Below, one piece after another: positions 1 through 8,047 of a DNA stretch of 38,653 nt (its first letter is position 1; the number at the start of each line of letters is the position of its first letter). The stretch spans positions 1-38,653 of the IMG/VR virus record IMGVR_UViG_3300012664_000446, one strand, 5' to 3'. The stretch is from a virus. Taxonomy: Duplodnaviria; Caudoviricetes. The position numbers and the translations under genes are program-made. The notes beneath the pieces are model-generated. The model searched no databases. It was not told the origin of the DNA and was given only the letters and a program-made list of their open reading frames with translations.

Positions 1-137
1 ATATAGCCCGATGACGTGAGAGCTGGTGCTGTGAGCGTTGCTCCTTGGCGTACATAGATACTGCCCGATACCTCTGTTAATTTCTTGTAGTCGTTTTGAT
101 TTTCTTTAGTTATAACTAAATTTCCGTTGATTTTCAT
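1..137 (-). CDS. N-terminal part of a tandem-repeat (beta-solenoid/LRR-like) protein; runs off the left edge
   Basis: Manual translation from the ATG at 137 gives MKINGNLVITKENQNDYKKLTEVSGSIYVRQGATLTAPALTSSGY..., open to position 1. It carries the same repeat unit as 38482-38653 and is absent from the ORF track. Confidence 0.85.
   Translation of the reverse strand, partial: MKINGNLVITKENQNDYKKLTEVSGSIYVRQGATLTAPALTSSGY
3..71 (-). repeat. Coding tandem repeat unit (60 bp plus the start of the next unit)
   Basis: The core GAGAGCTGGTGCTGTGAGCGTTGCTCCTT is identical to the three copies at the right end of the window. Confidence 0.95.
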
Positions 138-163
138 GCGTTTTGAATTTAAAGATTACTCTG

Positions 164-210
164 CGAATATAATTAACTTTTTTGAATAGTTGCACTTTTT
201 TACAAAAATA
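164..210 (-). promoter_or_regulatory. Leftward Bacteroidota-type early promoter for the repeat protein/primase operon
   Basis: Minus-strand TATATTCG (171-164) resembles the TAnnTTTG -7 box. The surrounding ~45 bp aligns closely with 7929-7972. Confidence 0.6.
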
Positions 211-2148
211 TTAATCTTTTTTGTAGAAGTCGCACACATAGCCGTCTGCCGTGAGAGGTAGCCCTTTCGCCCAGCTTGGTTTTTGAGACATTAACGCCAA
301 AACACTACCGAGCTGTTCGGCATGTTTAACCTCGGTTACCGCCTCATCGTGTACGTGCATCGCTACGCTGTAGCCGTTTGCCTCTAAGGTTCTGAGCGAA
401 AACAGCAACAAGTCCCTAGAAATAGCCTGCACCACGTTCTCCGTTATTTTGCCCCCGTACGTATCAACCCAACCCCACTGTTTGTTAATCTGATTCACAC
501 CCTTGTAGCGTATCGAGTCTTGACCAAAACGGCTTTTCGCCAGCTGTGCGTCCCAATAGAACAACGCTCTACCACTTGGCAGTGTAATTCGTAAACACAC
601 CTCGTCGCAGTGGAACACTACGCCCGAAGGATGCGCAATCGATGTGTTGCGATACCGCACCGCTTCGAGTGCCATGTGGTTGTAGCTCTGCCACAAACGA
701 CAAATAGCTGGATTCGCTACGCGCCATCTGTCCACGATCGTCTCCATGTCCATTTCTGAAAGCCCCATCTTCTCGCCCCCCATCGTTTTAAGCGCACCAA
801 CTGAACCTTGATAACCAAGTGCCAGCTCTGCAACTTTCCCTTTTTGGCGTAAATCTGAACCTTTACCGATGTCCTCCAAGGGTACGTTGAACATACGTGA
901 GGCAGATGCTTCATAAATTTTACCATGTGTGGCGAATACGTCGAGCCTCCACTGCTCTTTAGCCAGCCACGCAATTACTCGCGCCTCTATGGCTGAGTAA
1001 TCCGCTACGGCGAACATCGTACCTTTTGAAGGAACAAGAGCCGTGCGGATGAGCTGGGAGAGCGTATCGGACGTGTCGTAAATCATGTCGAAGGTTTCCG
1101 CGTCAAGTTCCAAAAGTGAGGCTCTCGCTTCGTCCAAATCGTTCATGTAGTTACGGGGCAAGTTCTGCAACTGTATAAGTCTGCCCGCCCATCTGCCTGT
1201 ACGTCCTGCACCGTAGAACTGGAATAAACCTCGCGCTCTGTGGTCGCGTCCTGCACAGGCAATCATCGCGTCGTATTTCTTAATGGATGTCTTGCCCGCT
1301 TTTTGTCTTAGGTAAAGGACTTCCCTAACTAGCTCGTCGGTAGTTTGCGTGAGTAGAATTTCAATTGCTTCTTTGGCTAATGATGAGACCTCTTTGCCCG
1401 TACGAGAATAAATCCATTTGCGCAACTGCGTTAAGCTGTTAGGGTTGTCCAGTCCTGTGAGTTCTTTTAATTTCGCGTTGAGATAATTCGAGTTGAACGT
1501 GTCCACCTCTATGGCTTTACGTGCCAGCTCCAAGTCGATACCTACGCCTCTGTCGTTGATGCGTTGGTCCAGGGCGTACGCTTGCCACTCTTCCGTAGGT
1601 ACGCTGTAGTTCTTAAGTATGTGCAGCATCTCGCGTTCTGCCTCAACGTCATTGATACAGTACGTTTTGAACTGCTCCCATTTTTCGGGGTTGTCAGTTG
1701 GTAGGTTGCGGGTTCTGCCACCGTTAACCTTGGTCGCCTTGACAGGCATGCAGAAGTAACGGATCAGTGCAGACCCTGTAGATAGTTTCCCTTTATCGCC
1801 AAGCTCCAAGGCTTTAGATAAATCACCCAAGGACATAGGCAGTCCGCAGTATGAAGCCTTGACGGCTGAACAACGCCACTGCTCAATAGGTATGTTGTAG
1901 CCCATAGCACGGAAACAAATGCGCTCAAATGCGGCGTTGTGTGCTACCTTTAAAATAGTTTCGTCTTGAAGGTAGAAAAAGAAGTTCAGCGGAACGTCCT
2001 CCCAAGCGAAGCACTCAACGGGACGGTTGCCAAGTGCGAAAGCGACCATAAGTATCTCGAAGTCTTCGGACGCTGCGTATTTATAAACTCCGCTGGTTTT
2101 TAAGTCAACGGAGCTGTAAGTCTCAATATCGATGTGTAATGTTTGCAT
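211..2148 (-). CDS. polA: Phage family A DNA polymerase (3'-5' exonuclease plus polymerase)
   Basis: ExoI DIETYS, ExoII AHNAAFE, TGRWAG, motif A DYSAIEAR, motif B RQKGKVAELALGYQG, motif C HVHDE. Start placed at MQTLHID (2148), just past the upstream gene's stop. Confidence 0.95.
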   Translation of the reverse strand: MQTLHIDIETYSSVDLKTSGVYKYAASEDFEILMVAFALGNRPVECFAWEDVPLNFFFYLQDETILKVAHNAAFERICFRAMGYNIPIEQWRCSAVKASYCGLPMSLGDLSKALELGDKGKLSTGSALIRYFCMPVKATKVNGGRTRNLPTDNPEKWEQFKTYCINDVEAEREMLHILKNYSVPTEEWQAYALDQRINDRGVGIDLELARKAIEVDTFNSNYLNAKLKELTGLDNPNSLTQLRKWIYSRTGKEVSSLAKEAIEILLTQTTDELVREVLYLRQKAGKTSIKKYDAMIACAGRDHRARGLFQFYGAGRTGRWAGRLIQLQNLPRNYMNDLDEARASLLELDAETFDMIYDTSDTLSQLIRTALVPSKGTMFAVADYSAIEARVIAWLAKEQWRLDVFATHGKIYEASASRMFNVPLEDIGKGSDLRQKGKVAELALGYQGSVGALKTMGGEKMGLSEMDMETIVDRWRVANPAICRLWQSYNHMALEAVRYRNTSIAHPSGVVFHCDEVCLRITLPSGRALFYWDAQLAKSRFGQDSIRYKGVNQINKQWGWVDTYGGKITENVVQAISRDLLLFSLRTLEANGYSVAMHVHDEAVTEVKHAEQLGSVLALMSQKPSWAKGLPLTADGYVCDFYKKD

Positions 2149-2150
2149 AA

Positions 2151-2330
2151 CTAGTAGCCTTGCGTTATCGCCCAAGCGTTCATAGTTGCGCTCGGGTCTA
2201 GCTTATTTTTGTTCTCGTCAATGTATTTGGATGCGTCTTCTTTGTTCGCTCCTGTATAAGGTACTCCCGTTTCCATTTCGATAAAACGAATGTACTCCAA
2301 TTGTTTCGGGGTCTCTAATTCTTTTGACAT
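2151..2330 (-). CDS. Small hypothetical protein (59 aa, MSKELETPKQLEYI...)
   Basis: Fills the gap between the SSB terminator and the polymerase gene. The TxKQxxYI N-terminal motif is common in small phage proteins. Confidence 0.7.
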   Translation of the reverse strand: MSKELETPKQLEYIRFIEMETGVPYTGANKEDASKYIDENKNKLDPSATMNAWAITQGY

Positions 2331-2350
2331 ACGATTGATTTTAGTTACAT

Positions 2351-2380
2351 AAAATAAGGCGCACCGAGTAGATGCGCCTT
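2351..2380 (-). terminator. Rho-independent terminator after the SSB gene
   Basis: Stem AAGGCGCA/TGCGCCTT followed by ATTTT on the minus strand. Confidence 0.7.
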
Positions 2381-2400
2381 TGGTTGAAACTCTGAGGACG

Positions 2401-2925
2401 TTATAAAATATCGTCGTCGAAGTCTTGTGCCGCCAAGTCCTCTGTGTACGCACCTCCTAAACTGTCTCCGTCTGCTACTTTCTGAATAGCATTAAGTCCA
2501 GCCGCTACTCCTTTGTTTCCGTTGGAGTTGAACGCGTACAAGTTGATAGAAGCTCGTCCGAAGCATCCTGAATAAACCTCGCGAGCGTCTAAGACTGCTT
2601 GCTTGTTCTCGTTCAAAATAACAGGACGTTGTTTCGATGAGGCGTTGATGAACATACACCCTTCATAAGCTGGGTCGTCTTTCTCCGCGTCTCCATCACG
2701 CAAAGGATATTTTAGTCCTTTGTCTTTCCCTCCGAACTTCGAAGCCTTTTCCGCTTGGATAACCTCGTCAATGGCTTTTTTAATTGCCGCGATCGTTGCC
2801 GTGTCGCTTTTTGGGATAATTAATGAGACGCTGTACTTCGCGTCTCCGCCTTCTTGTGAAGCTCTCGCCTCGAACAGGTTCGCGTAAGATAAACGCACTT
2901 TTCCTGTAACTACTTTTACTGCCAT
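2401..2925 (-). CDS. DUF2815-family (T7 gp2.5-like) single-stranded DNA-binding protein
   Basis: VRLSYANLF, KYSVSLII, LRDGD, EVYSGC, GNKGVAAGLNAIQK and an acidic tail DFDDDIL; adjacent to PolA. Confidence 0.9.
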   Translation of the reverse strand: MAVKVVTGKVRLSYANLFEARASQEGGDAKYSVSLIIPKSDTATIAAIKKAIDEVIQAEKASKFGGKDKGLKYPLRDGDAEKDDPAYEGCMFINASSKQRPVILNENKQAVLDAREVYSGCFGRASINLYAFNSNGNKGVAAGLNAIQKVADGDSLGGAYTEDLAAQDFDDDIL

Positions 2926-2951
2926 ACTGATAGCTGTTTTTAATTATGATG

Positions 2952-2985
2952 TAAATATAACTGTTTTATTTTGATTAATTGCAAA
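2952..2985 (-). promoter_or_regulatory. Putative leftward promoter for SSB/PolA
   Basis: Minus-strand TTTG...TATATTTA with Bacteroidota-like spacing in an AT-rich intergenic gap. Confidence 0.5.
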
Positions 2986-2990
2986 CTAAA

Positions 2991-4430
2991 TCAAAATATT
3001 TTTTGAATAACTCCGTCAATCGCTTTAAATAGTGCGATTCCGACGTTTATTTCTACGCTGTTTCCGATGTATTTTTTCTGTTCTGTTTGCGTTCCTATAA
3101 GCTGGTAGGCTTTTGGGAAACCTTGTATTTGTAACATTTCCACAATAGTAAGCGGCCGATTGCACATGTCAATAATTCTGAACTTCGCCATGTACCTTTT
3201 AATTTCTGCAAGGTGCTCATCATCGTTTTCGAATATATTATAAACGATGAGGTTGTCGAATACCTCGACGCTTTTGCCCTCGGTGGCGTTTTCAACCACT
3301 TCTACTTTTATCGGATATTCGACCAGCTCGATACTTGCCAACTGCATAGGGGCTTTGTCCTGTCTTGCAATTAGCGTTCCTGCTGGTTGGTCGACGCTTC
3401 TTGTAGAACCTCCGTATTGTGGGTTGAACATGAAACCGATTTTCTTGGCTGTTATTACGTCGCCTTTCGGGTTTGCCGTTATGGTGTTGAACGGCTCGTT
3501 TACTGATCGTGTTGTCGGGTTTCCGTATGCTTGGTTGACGCATATCGTTTTAACGCCTATCAACGCTACTCTGTCCTTAGTCGTGAGTGTTGGGCACGGA
3601 CTTGTCAAATCTACGTTTCCCGAATTACCGTAATAAGTGAACCCGAAATTTACGCCCTCTTTGGGCCCGTACTTTTGAAGCCCTCGCAAAATGTTTTTGT
3701 GCGTTTTTGGAACTAAGGGCTTTTTTCTGTCAAGTATCGATTTCCCGTAATTGGTCAAATCGAGTACATCGCGAACGGGTTTCCAAACTGTACCGTTTAC
3801 TCCCTGCTTGCAGTGCGTTTGTTTCGGTATTCCTATCAGCTCCTGAGTTTTTGCAAATTGCAGGAAAAGACGCTTGCGAATAGTTACCCCGCCAAAATCT
3901 GCAGAAACTAGCGAGTCTTGGTAGAAACCTTTAAAGCTGTAGTTCTCTCTGATTTGTTTCGCCCAGGCTTTATAGGATTCGCCTCTTTGCTTTTTAATTG
4001 GGTTGCCGTATTCGTCCAGCGGGCCCCACTCTAAAAACTCTTCGACGTTTTCCACCCAAAAGAAGTCCGGATTGATTGCGTCCAAATATCTGAACATATC
4101 CTCGGCTAGTGATCTACTGTCGGCGCATTTGGGCCCACACTTGGCGCGGCTAAAATTAGTACATTCAAGGCTCGCCCAAATTGCGATTTTACACGTTGGT
4201 TCTTTGGCTCTTAAATGATTGACCAAAATAACTATTGGGCTAATATTTATCGTTCGGATGTCCTCAGTGAAATGCAAGCATGCAGGATGGTTTGCAGCGT
4301 GTGAGAGTATTGCGTTTTTATCGTGGTTGATGCACGCTATTACTTTTATGTTCGTCTTGGCTTCAAAAATAGCCGTTGACGTCCCGCCTGCTCCCGCGAA
4401 TAAATCTATGACGTAAGTATTAACCGACAT
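2991..4430 (-). CDS. C5 DNA cytosine methyltransferase
   Basis: Motif I DLFAGAGG, catalytic motif IV variant SLECTNFS, motif VI ENV, motif VIII RKRLF, and C-terminal IQGFP...IGNSV (motifs IX/X). Confidence 0.92.
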   Translation of the reverse strand: MSVNTYVIDLFAGAGGTSTAIFEAKTNIKVIACINHDKNAILSHAANHPACLHFTEDIRTINISPIVILVNHLRAKEPTCKIAIWASLECTNFSRAKCGPKCADSRSLAEDMFRYLDAINPDFFWVENVEEFLEWGPLDEYGNPIKKQRGESYKAWAKQIRENYSFKGFYQDSLVSADFGGVTIRKRLFLQFAKTQELIGIPKQTHCKQGVNGTVWKPVRDVLDLTNYGKSILDRKKPLVPKTHKNILRGLQKYGPKEGVNFGFTYYGNSGNVDLTSPCPTLTTKDRVALIGVKTICVNQAYGNPTTRSVNEPFNTITANPKGDVITAKKIGFMFNPQYGGSTRSVDQPAGTLIARQDKAPMQLASIELVEYPIKVEVVENATEGKSVEVFDNLIVYNIFENDDEHLAEIKRYMAKFRIIDMCNRPLTIVEMLQIQGFPKAYQLIGTQTEQKKYIGNSVEINVGIALFKAIDGVIQKIF

Positions 4431-4731
4431 GCGTTTTCTCTAATTCTTGTAACTGCTCGATGTTCAATTCCATGAACTTCTCCACTATCTCGCGTTTAAG
4501 TTCGTCCAGTACTGTAGTGGGCTTGGTGCTGTTCACCTCGTCCTCTAGTTGCTCTTTGTCCCAAGTAACGTTCTCGACCTCTCGGTCTTTGGCTTTTAGA
4601 TTGTCCTCCAATACCTCAATTTCGTCTTTCAGGTCGTCAATTTGCATTTCGTATTTCTCGATAGTCTCTTCGTAGCTCTCGATTTGTTCTTTCTGCAATT
4701 CGATAAGCTCGTTTTTCTCTGCGTTATTCAT
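4420..4731 (-). CDS. Acidic coiled-coil hypothetical protein
   Basis: 103-aa ORF with a heptad E/K/L/I pattern, packed in the operon. Confidence 0.75.
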   Translation of the reverse strand: MNNAEKNELIELQKEQIESYEETIEKYEMQIDDLKDEIEVLEDNLKAKDREVENVTWDKEQLEDEVNSTKPTTVLDELKREIVEKFMELNIEQLQELEKTHVG

Positions 4732-4736
4732 AGCTG

Positions 4737-4952
4737 TTAAACTGTTTTATCCAATTCCTTTAAAATATAATCCGCCTGCTTCACTGCCGCCTCTGCTATT
4801 TTCCACGGCTCATCTGTGGCGCGTCGACCACTAGCAAGTAGTCCTTGTAACGCTACGCCTGCGAAGTACTCGCGCTTAGTGAGTCCTGTCTCGTCCGTCT
4901 GCCCTGTGAGCTTGGCGCGGATAGGATGTATCGGTTTATTTGAATTATTCAT
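4737..4952 (-). CDS. Conserved small phage protein (GLTKREYFA...ALQGLLA...ADYIL family)
   Basis: Recognisable GLTKREYFAxxALQG motif widespread in phage early regions. Confidence 0.8.
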   Translation of the reverse strand: MNNSNKPIHPIRAKLTGQTDETGLTKREYFAGVALQGLLASGRRATDEPWKIAEAAVKQADYILKELDKTV

Positions 4953-5472
4953 CTGACAAATTTTTAAATGCTACATTCAACTCCTTTCTGATAACGTCCA
5001 AGTTCACTACAGGTAGATATACTGCCTCGCCTTTTGGCAGGAACTCTGCCGCCTCAGGGAACGCCTCCTGTACTTTCTTGAAAGTTCTCAGGGAAATAAC
5101 TGTTTGCTCAATCTGCTTGCGTAATTCGTACATTGATTTCTCAATGCCTCGTTTCTTTAACTCCAATTTTTGCACCTTTGCGCCCGTTTCAGCTGGTAAA
5201 ATTAACGTGCTTCCGTCTCCTTTCCAAGGCAATGCTGGAACTTGTACCCACGCTTGGTTCATATTTTCGCCGCGCAAATAAATACTTGTTCGAACGTTAC
5301 AGTAGCTCGGGTGCTTCTTGTAGAAGTCCTTTACCTCCTGAGGCGTTTGGATGCTCGCCTCTGATACGGCGATTGTCGCTATCTTCTCGTTGATTTTTTC
5401 GATTTGTGCTAGGTGATTAGCTGTTAATCCTTTAGCTACTTCTTTTGCGATTTCTTTGGTTACTCTTGACAT
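4945..5472 (-). CDS. Nmad5-like (nucleotide modification-associated domain 5) protein
   Basis: C-terminal SLRTFKKVQEAFPEAAEFLP and N-terminal RVTKEIAKEVA resemble Nmad5 proteins. Confidence 0.6.
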   Translation of the reverse strand: MSRVTKEIAKEVAKGLTANHLAQIEKINEKIATIAVSEASIQTPQEVKDFYKKHPSYCNVRTSIYLRGENMNQAWVQVPALPWKGDGSTLILPAETGAKVQKLELKKRGIEKSMYELRKQIEQTVISLRTFKKVQEAFPEAAEFLPKGEAVYLPVVNLDVIRKELNVAFKNLSDE

Positions 5473-5515
5473 ACTATTTAAGTTTTTTTTTATTAATTTA
5501 CTTGGTTGTTATTTA

Positions 5516-5539
5516 AGCCCCCGCACGATCGCGGAGGCT
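5516..5539 (-). terminator. GC-rich hairpin after the DUF2800 gene (terminator/attenuator or mRNA stabiliser)
   Basis: Minus-strand stem AGCCTCCGC/GCGGGGGCT; the U-tract is weak. Confidence 0.45.
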
Positions 5540-5544
5540 GGTTG

Positions 5545-6711
5545 TTAATCGAAGTCGGACGCTAGGTCAATGGCTGGACGCTTGTCTGATGCCTCTACTA
5601 GTGTCGGCTTCCCTGGTGCTTTAGTTACGTACTGCCCTAGCAAGGTCTCGAATGCTTTCTTACCCAAGAGTTTCTCCAAGGCTGTTATACCTTGTAGCTC
5701 CTGCTTCATGTAGTCCTCTGCTTGGAACCCGTCTTTATCGAGTGCCTCTATGGCTTTCTCTGCGTCCGTGAGTTTGCGGTTACTTCTACCCTCTACGAGT
5801 TTATAGCCTTCCCACGCTTTACCCGACAACGCCTCAGTGAGTAAGTAGTCGCCTAGCCCCGAAAGCCAACGCACTAGCCTGTCAGCTTTAGCGTACACCT
5901 CCAACACCTGCTCGTCAGTCATCAACTGCGGTTCAGGGAAATCAAGCATGGCTACGGCTTCCGCCTCTTTCGCCAAGGCAACACATCGGTTCTTCGCCTT
6001 ACAGAACTGGCACCACGAGCCTGTTACCTGCAGGCCGCTACCCTCGTGTGCCTCTTTGGCTCTTGGGATTACTACACTCTCGCCCCACTCGATAAGCTCC
6101 TGGGCACTTATCTCAAACACGCTCACCGCATCAAGGCGGGGCTGGTGGATGTGCAAACGCACGGTCTCGATGTCATAAAGGAACGAGTACATGTTCACCG
6201 CACCCAAGGCGTAGAGCTTCAACTGTGAGTTGTTCGTAGCTGATACCCGAACGCCTTTACCGTATTTAAGGTCGATAACGTCTAAGGTCGTGCCTGCAAT
6301 AATAGCGTTGTCCACGGTACCGAAGCCCTCAGGCACGTAGGCTGTTAAGTCCACACGCACCTCAGTCTCAACTATCGCCGCAGGGTCGCGCTGTAAAGCC
6401 TCGGCGTACACCTCTTGGATATAAGACACGTAGTCGTCAGTGTAGCCCTCCATGTCGTGTGCGTATAGCACATGGTTGGTTATCTGCACCATCTGCTCGT
6501 CGCGGATAGCCTGTAGGCTCTTATCGCCAAATAGGCTCGATAGTTTAAGTTCTGCTAGCTCGTGTGCTAGTGTGCCCTCCTCTGCGAAGCTCGAGGACTT
6601 ATCCTCAAACTCACTTTCTAGTCGTGCGCTTGGCGTACACTCTAACCAGCGGGACGAACCGCTGGCAGAGAGTAGAGCGTGCGCCCGTTCTTTGTGATCT
6701 ACTTGTGACAT
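5545..6711 (-). CDS. DUF2800-family Cas4-like/PD-(D/E)xK exonuclease
   Basis: HALLSASGSSRWLECTPS, EGTLAH, GFGTVD, IDLKYGKG, QLKLYALG, WCQFCKAKNRC (1+3 Cys), GYKLVEGRSNR. Confidence 0.9.
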   Translation of the reverse strand: MSQVDHKERAHALLSASGSSRWLECTPSARLESEFEDKSSSFAEEGTLAHELAELKLSSLFGDKSLQAIRDEQMVQITNHVLYAHDMEGYTDDYVSYIQEVYAEALQRDPAAIVETEVRVDLTAYVPEGFGTVDNAIIAGTTLDVIDLKYGKGVRVSATNNSQLKLYALGAVNMYSFLYDIETVRLHIHQPRLDAVSVFEISAQELIEWGESVVIPRAKEAHEGSGLQVTGSWCQFCKAKNRCVALAKEAEAVAMLDFPEPQLMTDEQVLEVYAKADRLVRWLSGLGDYLLTEALSGKAWEGYKLVEGRSNRKLTDAEKAIEALDKDGFQAEDYMKQELQGITALEKLLGKKAFETLLGQYVTKAPGKPTLVEASDKRPAIDLASDFD

Positions 6712-6713
6712 AA

Positions 6714-7262
6714 TTACCAAATTTTAACAGGCATAATTAAGCCCAATTGTCCGCTATCTTCTATCGGTCTTACTACGATTCCACGCGTCTGTCCGTTCAA
6801 CGACAATTTAACGCAGTTGTCGGGAGTTTTCAAAACCATGGCGTTGCACAAACGAGTAAAAATCTTGTGGTTGATACCGATGTGCTCCGTCGGGTCTGTC
6901 TGTTGAGGAATAACCGCCTCGCAGTTTGGATATTTACCCACTTCGCTCTCAGTCTTAAGTGGAGCGCGGAACGTCCCGCCGTTCTTCTGTGTTCCCTGCA
7001 CGTATTCTGCAGTCGTCTCAAACGCGATACACTTGGTTAGTTCTTTAACGTGTCCAGCTTCGAGGTATTTGCCCTCTAACAGTTGCACGTGTTCGTCCGT
7101 GAACCCGAGAGTCTCGCGCAGGTCTTGGCTTACTAGAATATGTGCGTCGGTCGCCCACACTTTGCCGTTGGTGAAAAATACGTGAGACATAACGGGTCTT
7201 AGGCTGTCTTTCCCACATGCCTCATGAAGGGCTGAAACGAAAAATGTTTTTGTCTGTACCAT
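6714..7262 (-). CDS. Truncated DNA polymerase III beta-clamp-like protein (182 aa)
   Basis: ACGKDSLRPVMSHVFF, VWATDAHIL, GKYPNCEAVIP and C-terminal GLIMPV parallel DnaN motifs (RP.L.GV, ATDGHRL, G.FPDY..VIP, LIMP). Confidence 0.65.
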   Translation of the reverse strand: MVQTKTFFVSALHEACGKDSLRPVMSHVFFTNGKVWATDAHILVSQDLRETLGFTDEHVQLLEGKYLEAGHVKELTKCIAFETTAEYVQGTQKNGGTFRAPLKTESEVGKYPNCEAVIPQQTDPTEHIGINHKIFTRLCNAMVLKTPDNCVKLSLNGQTRGIVVRPIEDSGQLGLIMPVKIW

Positions 7263-7264
7263 GG

Positions 7265-7687
7265 TTACAATGTTTTAAGGAATGAATAGAACGTGTCGTA
7301 GTGCTTAACCGCTAGGTCTGATACGCGTGTTACCTCGAACTCGGATAACTTAGCCAAAATAACCTCGCGCAGTGCGCCGTTACCTCGGACCAACTCAGAT
7401 ACTGTCGTGCGTAGCATCGTATGGTCTACGGCTGATAGCTCCTCTTTAGTCGGCGTTGTCTCGTCGATTAACTCTGAGTTGCTCTCTTCTGTCGGTTCTT
7501 CCTCTTTGACTGGTTCGGGCTTCTCCTTAACTGCTTTCACCTTCTTCGGTTCTGCAGGTGCAGGAGTCGGAGCGACTGTTGCGGTTGGTGCTGAGTGGTC
7601 GCCCAACACGTTCATGAAATTGTGTAGCGCGGCTACGTGATCGGCGTTACATACGTCGATGTTAAAAGATACTTGCATTAACTTCAT
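7265..7687 (-). CDS. Hypothetical protein with Pro/Glu/Lys linker and helical C-terminal domain, typical upstream partner of DUF2800
   Basis: PTPAPAEPKK linker and C-terminal ...VSDLAVKHYDTF pattern; position in the module. Confidence 0.75.
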   Translation of the reverse strand: MKLMQVSFNIDVCNADHVAALHNFMNVLGDHSAPTATVAPTPAPAEPKKVKAVKEKPEPVKEEEPTEESNSELIDETTPTKEELSAVDHTMLRTTVSELVRGNGALREVILAKLSEFEVTRVSDLAVKHYDTFYSFLKTL

Positions 7688-7902
7688 TATTGATTTGATT
7701 TATTAGTTCCTACTACTGGGGTATCTGCGTCCAAGTTCAGGACATAGATCGGTTCAATGGCAACGTCCTTGTTAAACGCTGCGAGTGCTTCGAGCATAGA
7801 GTGAGCTGGTACGGTTATACCCGACGACAACTGAGTGCCGTCCTCGGTGCTTCGTCCAGCCATCCACACGATGTGAAAGCGATAGATTTTTGGTTCGTTC
7901 AT
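7687..7902 (-). CDS. Hypothetical protein, first gene of the leftward early operon
   Basis: ATG directly downstream of the promoter; its stop overlaps the next start. Confidence 0.7.
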   Translation of the reverse strand: MNEPKIYRFHIVWMAGRSTEDGTQLSSGITVPAHSMLEALAAFNKDVAIEPIYVLNLDADTPVVGTNKSNQ

Positions 7903-7928
7903 GATTTCTAATTTAAGTGTTACAGACG

Positions 7929-7972
7929 CAAATTTACAAATATTTTTGAATTGGAGTGCTTTTTTACAAAAT
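7929..7972 (-). promoter_or_regulatory. Leftward early promoter
   Basis: Minus-strand TAAATTTG (7936-7929) matches the TAnnTTTG consensus and shares an extended motif with 164-210. Confidence 0.7.
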
Positions 7973-7990
7973 AATTTTAAACTTTTTTTG

Positions 7991-8025
7991 TGTTAAAAAT
8001 TTCACGGAATGTTAAAAATTTAACA
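7991..8025. promoter_or_regulatory. Two operator-like boxes TGTTAAAAATTT(C/A)AC
   Basis: Direct repeat at 7991 and 8010; the second copy is the near-palindrome TGTTAAA-AA-TTTAACA. Confidence 0.45.
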
Positions 8026-8047
8026 AATTGGAAAATTTGGCGAATTC

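Noticed and set aside
5545-6711. Cas4 as part of a CRISPR system
   Set aside because: It is the DUF2800 nuclease normally found with DUF2815 SSB and PolA in phage replication modules.
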